Assembly (NCBI GenBank): GCA_963745025.1
Contig: CAVUWD010000005.1
Span: 1-64,000 of the forward strand
Length of the DNA stretch: 64,000 nucleotides
Reading direction: 5' to 3'
Source of the DNA: an uncultured delta proteobacterium
Lineage (GTDB): Bacteria > Desulfobacterota > Binatia > JACPRU01
Positions within the stretch are counted from its first letter, which is position 1. Each line of letters opens with the position of its first letter. The notes under the pieces are model-generated. The model ran no database searches, was not told the DNA's origin, and saw only the letters and a list, made by a program, of their open reading frames with translations. Below are positions 59,577 through 64,000 of this stretch, in pieces. Both the position numbers and the translations under genes were made by a program.

Positions 59577-60212
59577 ATGACCACGACGGCGCTCCACTGG
59601 CGGCTTGCCGCATCCAACGTTCCGAACGCGATCTCGCTCGCGCGGCTGGTGGCCGCTCCGGTCTTGCTCGCCGCCGCGCTGCGCGCCCAGCAGGACCTGT
59701 TTACCTGGCTGCTGCTCGCCTGCCTGCTGAGCGACATCGCCGACGGCCTGATCGCGCGGGGCTTCGCGCTTGCCTCCGAGCTCGGCGCCCGCCTCGATTC
59801 GGCCGCCGACATGGCCGTGTTCTACGTCGCGGTCTTCGGTGTCTTCGTCTTCCAAGGCGACTTCGTATTCACGCACTGGGTGCCGATCCTCGCCGTGATC
59901 GGCCTCTACGTCGTGGAGGTCGTCGCCGCGCTCGCGCGCTACGGCCGGATCTCCAGCTTCCACACCGTGCTGACACGGCTCTCGGCCTACGCGCAGGGAG
60001 GGTTCGTGCTGTCGCTCTTCCTCTGGGGGTATTCGCCAATGCTGTTCTGGGCGGCGATCGGCCTGAGCGTGCTCGCCTACACGGAGGAGCTGGCGATCGT
60101 CTGGTTGCTTCCGCAGTGGAGGGCCGACGTGCGGGGACTCTATTGGCTGTGCCGATCGAGCGACGCGACGGTCGCCGCCTCCACCCAGCCCTGCGCGCTC
60201 GACCGGCGATGA
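59577..60212 (+). CDS. CDP-alcohol phosphatidyltransferase
   Basis: PNAISLAR, SDIADGLIAR..GARLDSAAD. Confidence 0.92.
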   Translation: MTTTALHWRLAASNVPNAISLARLVAAPVLLAAALRAQQDLFTWLLLACLLSDIADGLIARGFALASELGARLDSAADMAVFYVAVFGVFVFQGDFVFTHWVPILAVIGLYVVEVVAALARYGRISSFHTVLTRLSAYAQGGFVLSLFLWGYSPMLFWAAIGLSVLAYTEELAIVWLLPQWRADVRGLYWLCRSSDATVAASTQPCALDRR

Positions 60213-61108
60213 CCGGCTGGCTCGCCATCGTCAACCCGCGCTCGGGCGGGGCCCGTAACCGCTCGTCGTTCCGCCGGGTCCTGCGCCTGCTCGAGCGGGT
60301 CGTCGAAGAGATCGTCTTCACCGAGCAGCCCGGCCATGCCCGTGAGCTGGCATCGCGGGCAGGACGCTACCGTGGGCTTGCCGTCGTGGGAGGGGACGGC
60401 ACCTTGCACGAGGTCCTCACCGGAACCGACGGCGGCAGCCAGCGGCTCGCTCTGGTGCCGACCGGGCGCGGAAACTCGCTCGCCAGGGACCTCGGCCTCA
60501 CCAGCGCGCTGCGCGGCCTCGGCGCCATCGAGACCGACTTGACAACCCGCGTGGACCTCGTCGACGTGGTCCTCGAAGACGACAGCGGCCGACGATGCGC
60601 GTTGCGCTCGGCGAGCACGGTGGCGATCGGCTACCCGGTCGCGGTCACCGCTCGAGCGGACCGCAGCTTTCGCATGGCGGGCAGCTATTGCTACCTGGCC
60701 GCGGCGATCGTCGAATCGGTCCGCCAGCCGCGCTTCACGATCGACCGCGCGTACGACGGCGCACCGGCCGAAAGCCGGGGGTTGACCGGCCTCATCCTCA
60801 ACAACACGCGGCACGTGGCGAACTTCGTCGGCTTTCCCGACGCGCGCTGCGACGATGGCCGCTTCGACGTGCTGGAGCTCGACGCCGGTTTCGTGCAGCA
60901 GAATTTGCACAACGTGTCGGCTCTGTGCGGCTCGCGGCACGCATTTTCCCCGCCACCCTTCCAGGCCCGCGCTCTCGAGGCTCGCTTGAACGAGCCGACG
61001 AGCGTGATGATCGACGGCCAGATCTACGCGGGCGTCACGAGCCTTCGAGCCTGCCTGATCCCGGCGGCGCTCGAATGCTCGCGCGCGGAACACGGAGCCA
61101 CGGCATGA
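60209..61108 (+). CDS. Diacylglycerol/sphingosine kinase family lipid kinase
   Basis: IVNPRSGG, GGDGTLHEV, PTGRGNSLAR, DDGRFDV, IDGQ; ATGA overlap. Confidence 0.88.
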   Translation: MTGWLAIVNPRSGGARNRSSFRRVLRLLERVVEEIVFTEQPGHARELASRAGRYRGLAVVGGDGTLHEVLTGTDGGSQRLALVPTGRGNSLARDLGLTSALRGLGAIETDLTTRVDLVDVVLEDDSGRRCALRSASTVAIGYPVAVTARADRSFRMAGSYCYLAAAIVESVRQPRFTIDRAYDGAPAESRGLTGLILNNTRHVANFVGFPDARCDDGRFDVLELDAGFVQQNLHNVSALCGSRHAFSPPPFQARALEARLNEPTSVMIDGQIYAGVTSLRACLIPAALECSRAEHGATA

Positions 61109-61839
61109 TCTCGACCCTGCTGCTCTTCACCGCCACCTCGTTCTCCGTTGGCGCGGCCGGCCTCCGCTGGGTCGACCGCCGATCGAGCCCGGAGAGGCGC
61201 CGCGAGCGGCGGGTGAAGCTCGCCGGCTACTTCGCCGTCGTCCACGCCGTGTTGTTCTGCGCCTGGCTCGGCCGCGCGGCGCTCGGTACGCTGTTCCTCG
61301 GGGTGGCGGCGGTCGGGGGAGCCGAGCTCGTCCGCGCTCACGGCTGCGGGGATCGCCGTGTGGCGATGCGCTCGCTCGCTGCGACGCTCGGCTGCTACGG
61401 CGCTCTCGCGGCCGGCCTCGTCGCCTTCGCCCTCACCTCGGCTCCGGCGTCGACGGTCTACGTCTACCTGATCGTGGCCGCCTTCGACGGCTTCAGCCAA
61501 GTCGCCGGAGAGTCGCTCGGGCGCCGCCGCCTGGCGCCGCGAGTCAGCCCGAACAAGACGATCGAGGGAGCGCTCGGCGGGCTCTTCGCCGCGGTCTCGA
61601 CCGCCGTCGCGCTGCGTTCCCTGCCCCAGCTGGACTGGTCGGCGGCCACCTCGGTGGGCGCGCTGACCGCCGCCGCCGCGCTCGGCGGCGACCTCGCCGC
61701 CTCGTGGGTGAAGAGGCGCAACGGGATCAAGGACTTCGGCACACTGCTGCCCGGTCAAGGAGGCGTGCTCGACCGTTTCGACAGCCTTCTGCTCGCCGGC
61801 TCGGCCGCACAAATGCTCTCGAGGACGATTCTGCCATGA
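61105..61839 (+). CDS. Phosphatidate cytidylyltransferase (CdsA-like)
   Basis: VSPNKTIEG, GDLAASWVKRRNGIKDFG, PGQGGVLDRFDS; ATGA overlap. Confidence 0.9.
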   Translation: MISTLLLFTATSFSVGAAGLRWVDRRSSPERRRERRVKLAGYFAVVHAVLFCAWLGRAALGTLFLGVAAVGGAELVRAHGCGDRRVAMRSLAATLGCYGALAAGLVAFALTSAPASTVYVYLIVAAFDGFSQVAGESLGRRRLAPRVSPNKTIEGALGGLFAAVSTAVALRSLPQLDWSAATSVGALTAAAALGGDLAASWVKRRNGIKDFGTLLPGQGGVLDRFDSLLLAGSAAQMLSRTILP

Positions 61840-62993
61840 ACGTATTCGTCACCGGCGTCACTGGCTTTCTCGGCAGCCACTTCCTGCATCGGCGGCTCGA
61901 CCGCCCGGGGCTCGCCGCCGTCTTGGTGCGGGCCGACACGGACGAGGCGGCGCGCGCACGTTTACAGCGCTCGCTGGCCGTCGCCGCCGCCGCTCACCCG
62001 CCGAGCGTCGCCGCGACACGCACTCGCGTCGCGGTCGAGCGGGGCGACGTGTCGCGCGAGGATTGCGGTCTCGAGCCGCGGCGCATCGAAGCGCTGCGTC
62101 AGGCGGGCATCGACGAGTTCTGGCATTTCGCCGCCAGCCTGGCGTTCGAGGCCCATCGGCGGGACGAGATCGCCGCGCAGAACGTCGGCGGCGCCCGACA
62201 TGCGCTCGAGCTCGCCGCGAAGCTCGGCGCACGGCGATTCGTCCACGTATCGACCGCCTACGTCGCCGGTCGGCGTACCGGGCTCGTGCCGGAAGCGCTG
62301 CACCCCGCCGACGGCTCGTTCAACAACGTCTACGAGGAGACCAAGTGCCTGGCCGAGCACGCGATCGCCCGCGCGGCGTCGACCCGCGGAATGGACTGCC
62401 GAATTCTGCGCCCGTCGATCGTCGTCGGCTCGTCGCGCACCGGCCGCGCCGGCGGCAGCGAGAGCGGGCTCTACGGCTTCATCCGCCTGCTCGAAGAGCT
62501 GCGCCGCGCCTTGCCGAGCGGCCGCCCGCCGATCCGGCTGCTGGGAGACCCGCGGACGCCGCTCGCCTTCGTCGCCGTCGACCGCGTGGTCGACGACATG
62601 CTCGCCCTGGCAGATCGCGGCTTTCCCGCCGGTCCCGTCCACCATCTGACCCCGCGACGCTCGATCGACGCCGCCACCGCTCTGGCGATCGTCTGCGCCG
62701 AGGTGGGCACCCCGGACGTCCGCATCGAGCCGGCGCGCCGAGGCGAGCGAACGCCGCTCGAGGCGCTGATCGACCAGCGCATGGAGTTCTACGGCGGATA
62801 CCTGCGCGACCCCAAGTTCTTCGAGCGCTCTCCCGTCGCCGACCACGAGGTCGGCGAGGACGATCTGCGTCGCCTCACGCGGGAGTATCTGCGAGAGCTC
62901 GCGACCGCACCGGCTCGGCGAGACCCACGGTGCGCAGCAGTTTCGCGAACCGCGGTTCGGAGCGCAGAGGATCGAGCAGCGGCTCGACTTTGA
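61836..62993 (+). CDS. Extended SDR, fatty acyl-CoA/thioester reductase-like
   Basis: TGVTGFLG, HVSTAYVAG, NVYEETK, RPSIVVG; ATGA overlap. Confidence 0.85.
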   Translation: MNVFVTGVTGFLGSHFLHRRLDRPGLAAVLVRADTDEAARARLQRSLAVAAAAHPPSVAATRTRVAVERGDVSREDCGLEPRRIEALRQAGIDEFWHFAASLAFEAHRRDEIAAQNVGGARHALELAAKLGARRFVHVSTAYVAGRRTGLVPEALHPADGSFNNVYEETKCLAEHAIARAASTRGMDCRILRPSIVVGSSRTGRAGGSESGLYGFIRLLEELRRALPSGRPPIRLLGDPRTPLAFVAVDRVVDDMLALADRGFPAGPVHHLTPRRSIDAATALAIVCAEVGTPDVRIEPARRGERTPLEALIDQRMEFYGGYLRDPKFFERSPVADHEVGEDDLRRLTREYLRELATAPARRDPRCAAVSRTAVRSAEDRAAARL

Positions 62994-64000
62994 GGCGCGT
63001 CAGGAAGCCCGAGCGCTCCTCGCACGCCTGCTCGGCGAGGTCGAGCGCCGCCTCCAGCTCGCCGAGCCCGATGTCGACGGCGCACGCATACGCCGCCGAG
63101 ACCGGACGCTCCTTGGAGAGCGCCTTCAGGCTGCGCAGGACCTTCCGCGCCTCGTTGCGCCTTCCCGCCAGCGCGTGCGCGTAGCCGAGGAGCGCGAGCG
63201 GCGTGAGGTCCGCCGGCGCCAACTGCCGCGCCCGCTCGAGCGCCGCGATCGCCTCGTCGTGCAACGATCTCTGCAGGCAAGCCATGCCGAGGCAGGTATG
63301 CGCCAGCGGAAAGCTCGCATCGAGCTCGAGCGTGCGCCGCAGCCGCTCGATCGCCGCTTCGTACTGGCGCGCCTCGTAGAGCGCGAGCCCGATCTGCGTA
63401 CCGACCAGCACGGACACCGGATCGAGCCGCTCGGCGGCCCGCAGCTCGCGCGTCGCCTCGTCGCGGCGCGCGAGCAGCGAAAGGAACACGCCATACCACT
63501 GGTGGGCGATCACGCAGTTCGGCCCGAGCTCGACCGCGCGCCCGAATTCTCGCTCGGCGTTTTTCCAGTCCCAGTCGTAGAGGTAGCTGACTTCCGCCAG
63601 CAGGGCGTGGGCCTCGGGCAGCGACTCGTCGAGCTCGATCGCCTTCTGCGCGGCCGCCCTGGCCTTCGGGTAGACGGCCTTCGGCGGCTCGGCCCCGTAG
63701 TAGGCGAGGAGGTTGTAGTAGTCGGCGAGACCGGTGTGGGGCAGCGCGGATCTCGGGTCGAGAGCCGCCGCGCGCTCGAAGCTGGAAAACGCCCGGCCGA
63801 ACGCCTCCGGCGTCCGCTTGTTCAGCCAGAACCGACCGTACAGGTAGGCCTCGTAGGCCTCCGCGTTCGTCTCACGCCGGCCCCGCGGAGCGACGTGCGG
63901 CGCGAGCGCGACGCGGACCTTCTGTGCGATCGTCGCCGCGACCTCGTGCTGCAGGGCGAGCAGGTCGCCGAGATCGCGATCGTACGTCTCGGCCCACAGC
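62875..64000 (-). CDS. TolB-like/TPR-domain protein, 3' part (starts beyond the window)
   Basis: LWAETYDR..EAYEAYLYG, TPR repeats, terminal LKVEPLLDPLRSEPRF; frame open to window edge. Confidence 0.88.
   Translation of the reverse strand, partial: LWAETYDRDLGDLLALQHEVAATIAQKVRVALAPHVAPRGRRETNAEAYEAYLYGRFWLNKRTPEAFGRAFSSFERAAALDPRSALPHTGLADYYNLLAYYGAEPPKAVYPKARAAAQKAIELDESLPEAHALLAEVSYLYDWDWKNAEREFGRAVELGPNCVIAHQWYGVFLSLLARRDEATRELRAAERLDPVSVLVGTQIGLALYEARQYEAAIERLRRTLELDASFPLAHTCLGMACLQRSLHDEAIAALERARQLAPADLTPLALLGYAHALAGRRNEARKVLRSLKALSKERPVSAAYACAVDIGLGELEAALDLAEQACEERSGFLTRLKVEPLLDPLRSEPRFAKLLRTVGLAEPVRSRALADTPA

Noticed and set aside
1-64000. Genome-wide reassignment of UGA to a sense codon
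   Set aside because: TGA is the normal stop of purH, purD, DUF1015, thyX and others; internal TGAs occur only at redox Cys positions

Overview
High-GC bacterial chromosomal segment. Gene content and the CTC/TCGA-rich codon style suggest a Binatia/deltaproteobacteria-like lineage (inference only). It carries thiSGE, purHDE-tsaC-DUF1015-thyX, MoxR/VWA, glgC, an ArsA/Get3 ATPase pair, acpS, trpB2, fdhD-ydeP, many lipid/catabolic enzymes and several foreign-looking inserts. The main signal missed by the ORF track is UGA recoding. Three redox genes (ArsC, peroxiredoxin-like UxxC, AhpD-like CxxU) and a decayed AhpD paralog each have an in-frame TGA exactly at the catalytic Cys. Three of the four have a SECIS-like hairpin about 11 nt downstream with AGUU at +17..+20. 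Other observations: about 11 intergenic palindromes built from 7-nt units, a perfect 38-bp inverted repeat, a 40-bp IR-bounded mosaic of gene fragments, a four-gene lipid kinase/CDP-activation operon, and a frameshift cluster at 24.5-31 kb that is probably sequencing error. No rRNA, tRNA or CRISPR array was recognised.
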